Shown here: piece after piece, positions 1 through 10,754 of the stretch
How the letters are laid out: the number at the start of each line of letters is the position of its first letter
Numbering within the stretch: the stretch's first letter is position 1
Assembly (NCBI GenBank): GCA_036140295.1
Contig: JAYZYL010000002.1
Span: forward strand, 64,440-128,439
DNA: 64,000 nt
DNA from: Pseudomonadota bacterium
Lineage (GTDB): Bacteria; Pseudomonadota; Gammaproteobacteria; GCA-002705445; GCA-002716945
Direction of reading: 5' to 3'
Made by a program: the position numbers and the translations under genes
Notes under the pieces: generated by a model
Seen by the model: the letters and a program-made list of their open reading frames with translations, nothing else
What the model was told of the DNA's origin: nothing
Database searches by the model: none

Positions 1-1311
1 CGTGCAAAAGCAGTTATTTGTGCAGCTGGTGGTGCTTCACATATTTTTAAACCACGTGCTGTGGGAGAAGGTATGGGGCGTACGTGGTATGCGCCATGGA
101 GTAATGGCTCAGCATATGCATTACCAATAGCTGTTGGAGCTAAAATGACACAAATGGAAAACCGTATTGTGCTTACACGTTTTAAAGATGGTTATGGTCC
201 AGTTGGTGCATATTTCTTGCATTTAAAAACTTATACCCAGAATGCTGCTGGTAAAAATTATGAAGAAAAATGGTATGAAAATACTAAAAAAATGGTAGGT
301 GAATATATTGATCACCACCCAGTACCAACATGCTTACGTAATCATGCTTTTATTCAAGAAACCATAGCAGGTGGAGGTCCTATATATATGGTTACTAAGG
401 AAGCTTTTCAGGATCCCCATTTAGAAGAAGTTGGTTGGGAAAACTTTCTTGGCATGACAGTAGGTCAGGCTATTGTTTGGGCAGCACAAGACATTGATCC
501 AAAGTATCGAAACCCTGAACTAACTACTTCCGAACCTTATGTTATGGGTTCTCATGCTACTTGTTCGGGAGCTTGGTGTAGTGGACCAGAAGATCTTTCT
601 CCTCCAGAATATTTTTGGGGATATAATAGAATGATGACAATTGATGGACTATTTGCTGCTGGTGATGCAGCGGGTGGCACTGCTCACGCATTCTCTTCAG
701 GCTCATTTACTGAAGGTAGGCTCTGCGCAAAAGCTGCAGTTAAATATATAAATGACAAGAAAGCTGAAAACATTAAAGTATCAGATGGACAGTGCGAAAA
801 ATTTAAGGAAGAAATTTATAAACCATTAGAAAACTATACTGTCGGTCGAAATGAAATTACTGCCGGTACAGTTTCTCCAAGTTATTTATTACCTATACAG
901 GGCTTGCAACGTCTACAAAAAATTATGGATGACTATTGTGGCGGTATTGGGACACATTATATGACTAACGAAAATATGCTTAAACGTGGTCTAGAGTTGT
1001 TAGACACTTTGACAGAAGATCTTGAGCATATTGGAGCCGAAGATTATCATCAACTTATGAGGGCTTGGGAATTAAAGCACCGTGTCTTAGTTTCACAATG
1101 TGTTACAGAACATACATTGTTCCGTGAAGAAACACGTTGGCCAGGTTATTATTATCGAGGTGACCATCTAAAACTAGATGATGATAACTGGCATTGTTTA
1201 ACTGTTTCACGTCGTGATCCTAAAACTGGGAAATTTTCACTGGAAAAAGCTCCTGTTTATCATCTCGTTGACGAAGAAAAAGACGAAAAGAAAAAAGAAG
1301 AAGCCTCTTGA
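1..1311 (+). CDS. aprA: Adenylylsulfate (APS) reductase alpha subunit, C-terminal part; 5' end lies off the window
   Basis: Frame 1 is open from base 1 (RAKAVICAAGGASHIFKPRAVGEGMGRTWYAPW...), so the listed ORF 61..1311 is only the Met-delimited part. It has the flavoprotein motif GLFAAGDAAGG and an AprA-like C-terminal tail (RWPGYYYRGDHLKLDD). Recognised by eye. Confidence 0.8.
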   Translation, partial: RAKAVICAAGGASHIFKPRAVGEGMGRTWYAPWSNGSAYALPIAVGAKMTQMENRIVLTRFKDGYGPVGAYFLHLKTYTQNAAGKNYEEKWYENTKKMVGEYIDHHPVPTCLRNHAFIQETIAGGGPIYMVTKEAFQDPHLEEVGWENFLGMTVGQAIVWAAQDIDPKYRNPELTTSEPYVMGSHATCSGAWCSGPEDLSPPEYFWGYNRMMTIDGLFAAGDAAGGTAHAFSSGSFTEGRLCAKAAVKYINDKKAENIKVSDGQCEKFKEEIYKPLENYTVGRNEITAGTVSPSYLLPIQGLQRLQKIMDDYCGGIGTHYMTNENMLKRGLELLDTLTEDLEHIGAEDYHQLMRAWELKHRVLVSQCVTEHTLFREETRWPGYYYRGDHLKLDDDNWHCLTVSRRDPKTGKFSLEKAPVYHLVDEEKDEKKKEEAS

Positions 1312-1319
1312 GATAATTG

Positions 1320-1670
1320 ATGAAGCTTCTTGAACTTACAGATCAAGAAATCTTAAAGATCGCAGATCCTCTCTGGGATGAACTTATTAAGGCGTCTAAT
1401 AATAAAGATTACGGTGGATTTACTAAAAACTTTTCAAAGACAATGCTCATGGGTACAGATGAGGTTACATTGGGTAAGCAATGGGCAGGAAGCCAACTCC
1501 TAGAAAGTTTGTCAAAAGAGAGAGAATTTTTTGGATGCCTAAGAAGAAATGAATACATAACTATACTTTATAAGCAAAGAAGTGAAAGTGTTCCTGGAGA
1601 TTTCCTAGGTCGTTTGGTACTGGGAATAGAGGATGACAAAATTAAGATTTTTGGCGCAACAATATTCTAG
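1320..1670 (+). CDS. Hypothetical small protein (116 aa) immediately downstream of aprA
   Basis: ORF 1317..1670, with ATG at 1320 preferred over TTG at 1317. It starts 9 nt after the aprA stop on the same strand. The composition is non-repetitive and globular-looking, and I recognise no family. Confidence 0.5.
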   Translation: MKLLELTDQEILKIADPLWDELIKASNNKDYGGFTKNFSKTMLMGTDEVTLGKQWAGSQLLESLSKEREFFGCLRRNEYITILYKQRSESVPGDFLGRLVLGIEDDKIKIFGATIF

Positions 1671-1678
1671 AGATTTAA

Positions 1679-2185
1679 ATGAAAAATCAAAAAAGAATTA
1701 TAAACGACGATCATGTGTCATTTATCATAATTTCTGATACACATGCTAATTTACACCCAGAGATACATAATTTAATAAAAAAAGATTCTTATGTCATACA
1801 CGCTGGAGATGTGGGTGACATTAATATAATTAATAATCTAAGAAATTCTTGTATCGATATCTTTGCAGTTAATGGAAATAATGATGATTATTCTGATTTA
1901 TCAAAAATTGAAATAATACAAACTCAATTTGGTGATATAGTTGTTGAGCATGGCGATAAACATACTACTGACTACCATAATTCTTTGAGAGAATCACATC
2001 CAAATGCATTATTTATAATATATGGCCATACTCATAAACATATTTGTGACATGAAAATCAAGCCTTATGTCATGAACCCAGGTGCAGCTGGTAAAACTAG
2101 AACCCAAGGAGGGGCATCATGCGGTTTAATTAATATAGATATATCAGGAAATATTTCTGTCGAAATAAAAAAATTTACAGAATAG
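1679..2185 (+). CDS. Metallophosphoesterase, YfcE/MJ0936-like phosphodiesterase family
   Basis: Calcineurin-like phosphoesterase motif series: IISDTHAN, HAGDVGD, NGNND, EHGD, GHTH. Confidence 0.8.
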   Translation: MKNQKRIINDDHVSFIIISDTHANLHPEIHNLIKKDSYVIHAGDVGDINIINNLRNSCIDIFAVNGNNDDYSDLSKIEIIQTQFGDIVVEHGDKHTTDYHNSLRESHPNALFIIYGHTHKHICDMKIKPYVMNPGAAGKTRTQGGASCGLINIDISGNISVEIKKFTE

Positions 2186-2211
2186 GAAGCTGAAAATACT
2201 ATACTGAACAC

Positions 2212-3153
2212 ATGTTAGATTTAAATAAGATTGTAATACTTGGTGGTACTGGGTTTATTGGCTCTAATCTTGCTATTGAATTATCAAAATATACAAAAAA
2301 AATTATTATACTTACTCGGAATAAAGAAAAGAATAAAGAGTTATTAGTTTTACCTAATATTGAGATCATACAGACAAATGTAAATGATGAATTATCGCTG
2401 CGTGAATTTACAAAAGATACAGACTTAATAATTAATACTATAGGAATTTTAAACGAACTAGATAGTTTTAATACATTTAACTTAGTACATGTTGATTTGA
2501 TACAAAAGATCTCTCATGTGGCAAGTTATAATAAAATACCTCGTATGTTACATATAAGTTCATTGAATGCTGACGTTTCTGCTAAAAGTAATTATCTAAA
2601 AACTAAAGGGGAGTCAGAAAAATATCTATTAAATGAGACATCGGCTTTTTGTAATGTAACTATTTTCAGACCTTCTGTTGTATTTGGTGAAAATGATACT
2701 TTTTTTAATAGATTTAAAACAATCCTTACTTATAGTCCAATCTTCCCTCTAGCTTGTCCATATACAAAATTTTCTCCTATTTATATAAATGATCTAGTTA
2801 GCTTCATGGTCGCTTCTATTGATGATAGATCTAAATTTAACCTCTCTCTTGATCTCACTGGACCAAAAACTTATACATTTTATTCTCTTATTAAATTAAC
2901 ATTAAGTTTTTTAAAAATTAGACGGATAGTCATTCCTTTACCAAATATTCTTTCAAAATTACAAGCATATATTTTTGAAAGACTTCCTGGAAAAATATTT
3001 ACAATAGATAATTATAATTCTTTACAAATAGATAGTATTAGTGATACTGGGCTAAAGGGTTCGACATATATCGAGCAAATTGTACCAAAGTATCTTAATC
3101 TAATGCAAAAAGAAACAAATGCTGAAAAATTGAGAAAAAAGTCAGGCCGATAA
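2212..3153 (+). CDS. NAD(P)-binding epimerase/dehydratase-fold protein (complex I NDUFA9-like family)
   Basis: N-terminal Rossmann motif [12 protein letters not shown]. Its length (313 aa) and layout are typical of atypical SDR/NDUFA9-like proteins. Confidence 0.65.
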   Translation: MLDLNKIVILGGTGFIGSNLAIELSKYTKKIIILTRNKEKNKELLVLPNIEIIQTNVNDELSLREFTKDTDLIINTIGILNELDSFNTFNLVHVDLIQKISHVASYNKIPRMLHISSLNADVSAKSNYLKTKGESEKYLLNETSAFCNVTIFRPSVVFGENDTFFNRFKTILTYSPIFPLACPYTKFSPIYINDLVSFMVASIDDRSKFNLSLDLTGPKTYTFYSLIKLTLSFLKIRRIVIPLPNILSKLQAYIFERLPGKIFTIDNYNSLQIDSISDTGLKGSTYIEQIVPKYLNLMQKETNAEKLRKKSGR

Positions 3154-3154
3154 A

Positions 3155-4234
3155 ATGAAAGTATATTTAGTGGGTGGAGCAGTTCGTGATAAATTACTTG
3201 GAATTCCTGTAAAAGAAAAAGATTGGGTTGTTGTTGGATCAACACCTGAAGAAATGCGTACAAAGAAATTTAAACAAGTAGGGAAGGATTTCCCTGTATT
3301 TATACATCCTAAAACTGGCGAAGAATATGCGCTTGCCAGAACAGAAAGAAAATCTGGCCATGGTTATACAGGATTTGAATTTGATACAAATTCGAATGTA
3401 ACTTTAGAAGAAGATTTAGAGAGAAGAGACTTAACTATAAATGCAATTGCACAAGATGAAAATGGTGCATTAATAGATCCATTTAATGGGCAGGAAGACA
3501 TTAAAAATAGAAAACTAAGGCATGTATCAGAAGCTTTTTCAGAAGACCCTCTAAGAGTCTTAAGGGTAGCAAGGTTTAATGCAAATTTTGAAGATTTTGT
3601 AGTTGTGTCAGAAACTATGGATAAGATAAAAGGCATTGTTAAAAGCGGTGAATTAGAATATTTAACACCTGAGAGGATATGGTTAGAGTTTTATAAAACT
3701 GATTATCTGTACATGTTTTGTGATTTCTTACATCAAATAAATGTTTTAGATAAACTATTGCCCGGATGTGTCCCTTTCGCTAAATTTAAACCTGATGGCT
3801 TCAGAGAAGTTAAGCTTAAAAATATTGCACATTTCATGCATGAGAATGTTGATAACATAAAAGTCTTCTGCGAGAAATTAAAGATACCAAATGAATATAC
3901 AGATTTGGCTTTATTGTTAGATAGTTGCAAAGAGGACTATCTATCATATGATCCATCAAGTTCAGAAGAGTGTAATGAACTTCTATTTTTGATAAAAAAA
4001 CTTGATATAAGAAAAGAAGAAAGATTAAAGGAGTTTCTAGAAATTTGTGATGTACTTTTAGGGCATAAGCGTCAGAGTGAATTCTTTGAGAGACTAATCG
4101 ATAAAATAAAGTCCTATAAGCTTAAAAAAGAAGATCAGAAAAAATCTAATATTGAAATACAGAGTATTGTTGAAAATGCTCATAGAGAGATTGCGCAAGA
4201 GTATATACAGGATTTCCTAAAACAATCCAATTAA
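3155..4234 (+). CDS. cca: CCA-adding tRNA nucleotidyltransferase (short form, HD-domain signature not visible)
   Basis: The N-terminus [34 protein letters not shown]...[17 protein letters not shown] is nearly collinear with E. coli Cca. The RRDLTINA and [12 protein letters not shown] motifs are present. Confidence 0.85.
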   Translation: MKVYLVGGAVRDKLLGIPVKEKDWVVVGSTPEEMRTKKFKQVGKDFPVFIHPKTGEEYALARTERKSGHGYTGFEFDTNSNVTLEEDLERRDLTINAIAQDENGALIDPFNGQEDIKNRKLRHVSEAFSEDPLRVLRVARFNANFEDFVVVSETMDKIKGIVKSGELEYLTPERIWLEFYKTDYLYMFCDFLHQINVLDKLLPGCVPFAKFKPDGFREVKLKNIAHFMHENVDNIKVFCEKLKIPNEYTDLALLLDSCKEDYLSYDPSSSEECNELLFLIKKLDIRKEERLKEFLEICDVLLGHKRQSEFFERLIDKIKSYKLKKEDQKKSNIEIQSIVENAHREIAQEYIQDFLKQSN

Positions 4235-4987
4235 GGTAACACCTAATATCAATCTGTAAATGATATATGGAGTAAAAGATATTTTATTTATTGTTGATAT
4301 AAATAGATGGATAGTAATATAGGAAAATATAAAAGATAAAAATATACCTAGTAAATGTTCGTTCAAAATTTTAATATCCCCAACTTCATATAACTGCATA
4401 GACTGATAAACCGTTACCATAAAAATGGCAGGGATAGATAATAAAAATGCAATCTTAATGGAATCTTTTCTGCTAAAATTTGCAAGTAGAGCAGCTGTAA
4501 TAACTATTCCAGCTCTTGAGACACCAGGCATAATTGCAAGAGTTTGCATAAACCCAATAAAAACAATTGTAAATATGCTAATAGATTTTAACTTATTTAG
4601 AGTATCTTTCTTTTTAATATCGGCTAAGTAAAGAAGTATTGCAAATATTATTGTCATTAGAGCAATTGACTCTACAGATCTCATGCTAGTAGAAATTAAA
4701 TCTACAAATAGCAAACCTATTATTGGTAATGGAATAGAACCAAGTATAATTAATTTTAGATATTGACTTCCTTCGTTAGACATCAATAGCATTTCATTAA
4801 TTTCTCTTCTGTAATAAATTAAAATTGCAATCAAAGAACCAGTATGAAGAGCTATATCAAAACCTAATCCTTGGTCTCTCATGCCTAGAAAAGCAGATGT
4901 AAGAATAAGATGTGATTGACTTGATATTGGTAAGAATTCAGTAATTCCTTGGACAACAGAAAGTATAAAAATATGGACAAGTTCCAT
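4217..4987 (-). CDS. uppP: Undecaprenyl-diphosphate phosphatase
   Basis: BacA/UppP N-terminal signature [17 protein letters not shown] and a polytopic membrane profile. It overlaps the cca 3' end by 18 nt (convergent). Confidence 0.9.
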   Translation of the reverse strand: MELVHIFILSVVQGITEFLPISSQSHLILTSAFLGMRDQGLGFDIALHTGSLIAILIYYRREINEMLLMSNEGSQYLKLIILGSIPLPIIGLLFVDLISTSMRSVESIALMTIIFAILLYLADIKKKDTLNKLKSISIFTIVFIGFMQTLAIMPGVSRAGIVITAALLANFSRKDSIKIAFLLSIPAIFMVTVYQSMQLYEVGDIKILNEHLLGIFLSFIFSYITIHLFISTINKISFTPYIIYRLILGVTLIGLF

Positions 4988-6121
4988 TTACAGTTTTCCC
5001 AAATGATTAAATTTCTCTATACATAGTAGATTTTCATTAAAATCTTTTTTCAAAATTAGTGCTTTAAATATTTCACCCATTGTATTCGGGAGTAATATGT
5101 TTTTCAATTTATTTAATTCAAATTCTCTTTTATCTCCATTGAATTCTTTTTTTTGAAAAATTTCAAGTATTCCTAAATTTAATAAAAAATTTGATTGCGT
5201 TAAATATCCGGATACATTTAAGTTTTTGTCTTTTAAAATTCTTGAAATATGTGAAAAATTTACAAAAGTGGATATATCTTGTTCTCCTATTTTCTCAAAA
5301 GGGTCAAAATTAGCATTATGTTTGTGGTTACAAACAAGAGTCCCTGTCTTTCTGTCATCTAAATAATATTCAAAGCTATTATATCCATAATCGATTATCA
5401 ACACCAATCCCTTATTAAGAGTCTTATCTATAAGACTTATCCATTTTCTATAGTTCATATTAAATTCACTGGTGTAGTTTTTTGGAAAAATTCTTCTTGG
5501 ATTTCCAATAGCAATATCTAATTCTTTTTTTTGTTCAGAAGTAATTATATCCCATGTATTTTGAAGAACATTATTCTTTTCCTCAACATATAAAGTTAAA
5601 AAATCTTTTCCGTTAAATTTGAATCTCTCTGAAGGTAATGCATCAAAAAATTCATTTGCTATAACTAGGCCTTCAATTGAAGTGTCTGAAATATTTTTTT
5701 TCCATTTAACTAAGTTCAATAGATTTGGTATTTTATCTTTTATGTTATGTTCTTGGATTTTCACAAGTTTATCTGAAGTTTCTATAATGATGTATTCCGT
5801 GGGTAGGCAGTTTTGATTTTGAAGATACTCCAGCATAGAAATCGCAAGACTGGCGTCTCCACCACCTATCTCTATCACTGATGGACTTTCTAAATATTTA
5901 CTAATATTTATAAATTCTTGGCATATACATTCTCCAAATAAAGTAGAGGTGATGGGTGAAGTAGTGAAATCACCTTCTTTAGCAAAAATTTTCTCTTTCT
6001 TGTTATAGTAACCATATTCTTTATGATATAAAGCAAATTCCATGAATTCAGAAAAGCTCAATCTTGCTTCCTGTTTAGTTTTCTCAATTAGATATTTGTA
6101 TGTGTATTGATTTGAACTCAT
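4988..6121 (-). CDS. SAM-dependent methyltransferase, DUF185/NDUFAF7 (MidA)-like
   Basis: SAM-binding loop VIEIGGGDASLA within a ~380-aa protein whose layout is typical of the DUF185 family. It abuts the uppP start. Confidence 0.65.
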   Translation of the reverse strand: MSSNQYTYKYLIEKTKQEARLSFSEFMEFALYHKEYGYYNKKEKIFAKEGDFTTSPITSTLFGECICQEFINISKYLESPSVIEIGGGDASLAISMLEYLQNQNCLPTEYIIIETSDKLVKIQEHNIKDKIPNLLNLVKWKKNISDTSIEGLVIANEFFDALPSERFKFNGKDFLTLYVEEKNNVLQNTWDIITSEQKKELDIAIGNPRRIFPKNYTSEFNMNYRKWISLIDKTLNKGLVLIIDYGYNSFEYYLDDRKTGTLVCNHKHNANFDPFEKIGEQDISTFVNFSHISRILKDKNLNVSGYLTQSNFLLNLGILEIFQKKEFNGDKREFELNKLKNILLPNTMGEIFKALILKKDFNENLLCIEKFNHLGKL

Positions 6122-6179
6122 AGAAAACCTTAATTTTTAAGTTTATATGTATTTCCTTAATAATACTTAATATAATACT

Positions 6180-6917
6180 ATGACAATGAGTCAAACTGTA
6201 TTAATAACTGGTGGCGCCAAAAGAATTGGTTTAGCAATTACGCAATGTTTGCACAAAAATGGATATAACATAGTATTAACATTTAATAAGTCCAAATCTG
6301 ATGCAAAAAAAGTCTTTTCTAAGCTAAATAAAAAAAGAGGGGGATCTTGTTCAATTATACAGGCACAACTCTCCAATACAAAAAGTTATAAAAGTCTGTA
6401 TAAAAAGTCATTAAAATGTTTCGGGAGAATTGATGTTCTCATAAATAATGCATCACAATTTTATCCAACAAATATTAGCCAAATAAATGAAAAGAATTGG
6501 GCTGACATTATTGGAATAAATTTAAAAGCTCCACTATTTCTTTCTAAAACACTTTTACCCGAATTAAGAAAAAGAAATGGTCAAATTATAAATATAATTG
6601 ATATACATATAGATAAACCCTTAAAAGATCATATTATCTACAGTATAAGCAAATCTGGCTTGTTAACTTTAACAAAAAGTTTAGCTAAGGAACTCGCCCC
6701 TGATGTAAGAGTTAATGGTATTTCTCCAGGCGCAATATTGTGGCCAGTCTCTGAAAGGAGTTTGAAAAGGAAAAAGGAAATTATATCAAAGATAGCACTT
6801 AAAAGAACTGGCAATCCAAAAGACATAGCCAACACTGTAAAATTTCTAATAGAAAATGGGGAATATATTACTGGTCAAAATATAAATGTTGATGGTGGTC
6901 GTACTTTAAGTTTATAG
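6180..6917 (+). CDS. folM: Short-chain dehydrogenase, pteridine reductase/FolM-like
   Basis: SDR motifs TGGAKRIG, NNAS and YSISK. It is convergent with folK-folB, which fits a folate/pterin role. The symbol is tentative. Confidence 0.6.
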   Translation: MTMSQTVLITGGAKRIGLAITQCLHKNGYNIVLTFNKSKSDAKKVFSKLNKKRGGSCSIIQAQLSNTKSYKSLYKKSLKCFGRIDVLINNASQFYPTNISQINEKNWADIIGINLKAPLFLSKTLLPELRKRNGQIINIIDIHIDKPLKDHIIYSISKSGLLTLTKSLAKELAPDVRVNGISPGAILWPVSERSLKRKKEIISKIALKRTGNPKDIANTVKFLIENGEYITGQNINVDGGRTLSL

Positions 6918-7397
6918 GTTTATTTTTTTTAAAATTAATTTCTTAATATCAATATCTTTTATTATGTTTTTATGTTTTTTACCTAATTCGGGATGAACAA
7001 AATCAGGATCAAGATCACATAGTGGCAGAAGGACAAAGTCAAATTCAAGTATTTCTTTTCTCGGAATTTGTACCTGCTCATTATTTAAAACTAAATCATC
7101 AAAATATAGTATATCTATATCTAAAGTTCTTGAACTAAATTTTGTTTCTTTAAAGTGTCTTCCATGATCTAACTCAATTTTACTCAAATGATCTTTAAGC
7201 TCGTAAACATCTTTTGTGGTAAGAAAAGAACACACACAATTATAAAAATCAGGTCCCTTAAATCCCATAGACTGTGTTTGATAAATTGGTGAAATATTAA
7301 AATCTTCAAATTCTTCTTCGATTATCTTTATGCATGATCGAATATTTTCCTTTTTGTTTATATTGCTCCCTATTCCTACAAAAACTTTATGATGCAT
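6912..7397 (-). CDS. folK: 2-amino-4-hydroxy-6-hydroxymethyldihydropteridine pyrophosphokinase
   Basis: HPPK-like sequence (VGIGSNI..., RTLDIDILYF). It overlaps the folB stop by 11 nt, the classic folB-folK pairing. Confidence 0.85.
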   Translation of the reverse strand: MHHKVFVGIGSNINKKENIRSCIKIIEEEFEDFNISPIYQTQSMGFKGPDFYNCVCSFLTTKDVYELKDHLSKIELDHGRHFKETKFSSRTLDIDILYFDDLVLNNEQVQIPRKEILEFDFVLLPLCDLDPDFVHPELGKKHKNIIKDIDIKKLILKKINL

Positions 7398-7746
7398 CTT
7401 TTGTTCTTTCTATGATGACTCCTACTTCTTTTGATCCAGTCACTGCTCCTGGCTTACTAAATCTTCCTTTGATGTATGTCACATCAAATTTTTTAAATAT
7501 TAATTTAATTGTTTCCTCAGCTAGTGATTCTACAAGCTTGAACTCACTCTTTTGTACAAAAGATTTTACGGACTTCGCTATTTCTTTATAATCTAAGGTG
7601 TCTTGAACATCATCTGACTTAGAGGCTAAAGCAATATTAGTTCCAAGCTCAAGATCTATACAAATTACTTGTTTAATCTTTCTTTCCCAATCATATATAC
7701 CAATGACAGTATCAACACACAGTTCTTTTATAAAAATGGTATCCAT
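7387..7746 (-). CDS. folB: Dihydroneopterin aldolase
   Basis: From the internal Met, MDTIFIKELCVDTVIGIYDWERKIKQ is collinear with E. coli FolB (MDIVFIEQLSVITTIGVYDWEQTIEQ) and the C-terminal SKPGAV...VGVIIER matches. The ORF-track start at 7779 is probably an upstream extension. Confidence 0.85.
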   Translation of the reverse strand: MDTIFIKELCVDTVIGIYDWERKIKQVICIDLELGTNIALASKSDDVQDTLDYKEIAKSVKSFVQKSEFKLVESLAEETIKLIFKKFDVTYIKGRFSKPGAVTGSKEVGVIIERTKDAS

Positions 7747-7827
7747 GTATAAAATTCTTAGTTTTTTTGTATTATACATTGTATATGGATTATTTTCTGA
7801 TATTATTATTGGCTTTAGAGATTTAAA

Positions 7828-8052
7828 ATGTCAAAAATTTGTCAAATTACAAAAAAAGCAGTTATGGCTGGAAATAATGTGTCTCATGCTCACAATAGAA
7901 CTAGAAGAGTCTTTGAGCCAAACTTACATAACCATAGATTTTGGTCTGAAAGTCAGAAAAAATGGATTACTTTAAAATTATCAAAAAAAGGATTAAGAAT
8001 AATTGATAAACTAGGTTTAGATGAAGCCTTAAAAAAATATAATATTAAATAA
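7828..8052 (+). CDS. rpmB: 50S ribosomal protein L28
   Basis: [33 protein letters not shown] is a canonical L28 sequence. Confidence 0.95.
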   Translation: MSKICQITKKAVMAGNNVSHAHNRTRRVFEPNLHNHRFWSESQKKWITLKLSKKGLRIIDKLGLDEALKKYNIK

Positions 8053-8053
8053 G

Positions 8054-8209
8054 ATGAGAGAAAAAATTAAATTAGTGTCGACTGCAGGAACTGGCCATTA
8101 TTATACAACGACAAAAAATAAAAAAACTATGCCAGACAAATTTGAAATAAAAAAATTTGACCCTGTTATTAAAAAATATGTAATTTATAAGGAAGGGAAA
8201 ATCAAATAG
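8054..8209 (+). CDS. rpmG: 50S ribosomal protein L33 (51 aa; below the ORF-track size cutoff)
   Basis: Hand translation gives [51 protein letters not shown]. The ATG is 1 nt after the rpmB stop, the canonical rpmB-rpmG pairing. Confidence 0.9.
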   Translation: MREKIKLVSTAGTGHYYTTTKNKKTMPDKFEIKKFDPVIKKYVIYKEGKIK

Positions 8210-9431
8210 TTTTTATTACTTTATACCCCTTTAGACTTTCACAAAATTCATCAAGACAATCAATCCCATTGCTTTTAGCTTCAAGACACCATTCATTAAT
8301 AGTTTGGCTAAGCTTTTCTCCTCTCATATTTCTCTCATTAAGTATACTGTATAATTTATTCTTAAGTTCATAAACAATACTTAATGTTTTGCTCTCATTA
8401 AAAATCTTCTGTAAATCAATTATGGATTGATTGCTTATTCTATCTGGCTGCTTAATAAATGATACTTTTGATTTCTTGATTAACTTCTTTAATTCATTAT
8501 TAGCATTTTTACTTTCTCTTTTTAAGACTGGTTTGATAACTTTCTTTGTATAATTTGTAATAACTGTTATTTTAGATCTTATCAATGCATAACTCGTATC
8601 AGAATCTAATTCTTTATTTGTCTTTTCAATTATTGTCTTTGGAGCAAGCCTTTTTACCTTCACAAGTTTTAAAATAGAAAAAATTTTTATATAAAACCAA
8701 CCTATGTCAAATTCCCATGGTTTATAAGAAAACTTTGCAGCCGTAGGAAAAGCATGATGATTATTATGTAGTTCTTCTCCTCCAATTACAAACGCAAGTG
8801 GCATTATATTGGTTGAGTCATCCGATGTGTCAAAATTTCTGTAACCATAATAGTGTCCGGCTCCGTTTATTCCACCTGCAGCAAAAATAGGTGTCCACAT
8901 CATCTGGATGGCCCAAATAATTATTCCTACGACACCAAATAAAATTATATTAAAAATGAATAATAGTAAAATTCCTAGATTACTTTTCCCGGAATATATT
9001 TTTTTCTCAATCCAATCAGTTGGGCAATTTTGAGAATACTTTTCAATTGTTTCTGGATTAGCTTTTTCTTCAGCATATAAATCTGCCCCACGGAATAGAA
9101 CTGTATTAATTCCATAAACAGCTGGGCTATGTGGATCATCAATTGTTTCAACTTTTGCGTGATGTTTTCTGTGTATAGCAACCCAATCAGCTGTCTTCAT
9201 TGAAGTTGTAAGCCAAAGCCAAAATCTAAAAAAATGTGCTAGTACAGGTTTAATTTCAATTGCAGAGTGACATACACCTCTGTGCAGATATAATGTAATA
9301 CACATTATAGTAATTTGAGTAACTACCAATGTATATATTAGATACTCCACCCAAGTAAAATTAATTATTCCATTTATTAATAAATCAATCATTATTCTTA
9401 TAACTATAAATGATATCATCATATGATACAT
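8202..9431 (-). CDS. Membrane fatty-acid desaturase (DesA/acyl-CoA delta-9-like) with a long hydrophilic C-terminal region
   Basis: Three histidine boxes (HRGVCH, HRKHH, HNNHH) and N-terminal TM helices. The start is uncertain (Met at 9431, 9422, 9419 or 9392). The 3' end overlaps rpmG by 8 nt. Confidence 0.8.
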   Translation of the reverse strand: MYHMMISFIVIRIMIDLLINGIINFTWVEYLIYTLVVTQITIMCITLYLHRGVCHSAIEIKPVLAHFFRFWLWLTTSMKTADWVAIHRKHHAKVETIDDPHSPAVYGINTVLFRGADLYAEEKANPETIEKYSQNCPTDWIEKKIYSGKSNLGILLLFIFNIILFGVVGIIIWAIQMMWTPIFAAGGINGAGHYYGYRNFDTSDDSTNIMPLAFVIGGEELHNNHHAFPTAAKFSYKPWEFDIGWFYIKIFSILKLVKVKRLAPKTIIEKTNKELDSDTSYALIRSKITVITNYTKKVIKPVLKRESKNANNELKKLIKKSKVSFIKQPDRISNQSIIDLQKIFNESKTLSIVYELKNKLYSILNERNMRGEKLSQTINEWCLEAKSNGIDCLDEFCESLKGYKVIKTI

Positions 9432-9458
9432 TTATGAAGATGTCTAATTATATATAAT

Positions 9459-10277
9459 ATGCCTGAATTACCAGAAGTAGAAACAGTCTGTCGCGCTCTT
9501 AAAAAAAATATAAAATCAAGAGAAATAAGTACTTTTGAAATTTTTAATAAAAATTTAAGATGGAAAATAAATAGTAAGATTAAAAATTTTTTGAATAATA
9601 ACATTCTTACAGATATATCAAGAAAGGGTAAGTATCTAATATTTTACTTTCCTGATGGAATATTAATATTACATTTAGGAATGACAGGTGTTTTAAAGTT
9701 CTTAACAAGAAAAGATAGTTTAAAAATAAATAATCATGATCATTACCAGATTATTTTTAAAGATGGATCAAGAATTTTATACAATGATGTAAGAAAGTTT
9801 GGATCTATACATTGGGAAAATACACTAAAAGATAATTTTCTAATAAAGAATTTGGGGGTTGAACCTTTGTCTGAAAGTTTTACTCCAGACTATCTATTTA
9901 AAATTGGAAAAAAAAGAAAACTATCAATTAAAAACTTAATAATGGATCAGAAAATTATTGCAGGGATAGGAAATATTTATGCATGCGAATCTTTATTCCT
10001 CTCACATATCTACCCTAATAAAAAATCAAATAGATTGACTAAAGAAAATTATACTAATTTAGTAGATTCGATTAAAAAAGTTCTAAATGATGCCATTAAA
10101 AGTGGAGGGACAAGTATAAAAGATTTTAGAAAGATTGATGGAAGTCTTGGCTATTTTTCCCAGAAACTATCTGTATATGGAAAAGATATCTGTCCTTGTA
10201 AAAAAAAGAATAAAATTAAAACTATAAAAATTAACGGCAGGACATCTTTTTTCTGTAGAAACTGCCAGAAGTATTAA
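9459..10277 (+). CDS. mutM: Formamidopyrimidine-DNA glycosylase
   Basis: N-terminal MPELPEVETV, and a C-terminal zinc finger CPCKK...CRNCQ. Confidence 0.95.
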   Translation: MPELPEVETVCRALKKNIKSREISTFEIFNKNLRWKINSKIKNFLNNNILTDISRKGKYLIFYFPDGILILHLGMTGVLKFLTRKDSLKINNHDHYQIIFKDGSRILYNDVRKFGSIHWENTLKDNFLIKNLGVEPLSESFTPDYLFKIGKKRKLSIKNLIMDQKIIAGIGNIYACESLFLSHIYPNKKSNRLTKENYTNLVDSIKKVLNDAIKSGGTSIKDFRKIDGSLGYFSQKLSVYGKDICPCKKKNKIKTIKINGRTSFFCRNCQKY

Positions 10278-10753
10278 CTAAATTCTTCTTTTAAAGCTTG
10301 TTCAACAGCACTATGAACAAATCTCTTTAGATTTCCGTTATGAGCAGCAATATCTTTAACTATGCTTGATGAGAGAAAACTATATTCTTCTCCTGGGTTC
10401 ATAAAAACACTTTCTATTTTTGGCTCCATGGACCTATTCATGTTTGCGAGTTGAACTTCGTATTCAAAATCTGAAACTGCTCTCAATCCTCTTAATATAA
10501 TGGTCGCAGAATGTTTTTTAGCAAACCGGACTAATAAATTATTAAAAGATAATACTTCAATTTTTTTTGCTTTAGAGAATACAGTTTCAGCAAGCTCTAC
10601 CCTTTTTTGTGAAGAGAATAAAGCCTTCTTTGATGGATTTTCTGCAACAGCTATTATAACTTTATCAAAAATTTTAGCTGCTCTTTTTGCAAGATCAGTA
10701 TGCCCATTTGTAATAGGATCAAAAGTCCCAGGATAAACTGCAATAAGTTTCAT
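10274..10753 (-). CDS. coaD: Phosphopantetheine adenylyltransferase
   Basis: AVYPGTFDPITNGHTDL signature; 159 aa. Confidence 0.95.
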   Translation of the reverse strand: MKLIAVYPGTFDPITNGHTDLAKRAAKIFDKVIIAVAENPSKKALFSSQKRVELAETVFSKAKKIEVLSFNNLLVRFAKKHSATIILRGLRAVSDFEYEVQLANMNRSMEPKIESVFMNPGEEYSFLSSSIVKDIAAHNGNLKRFVHSAVEQALKEEFS

Positions 10754-10754
10754 T

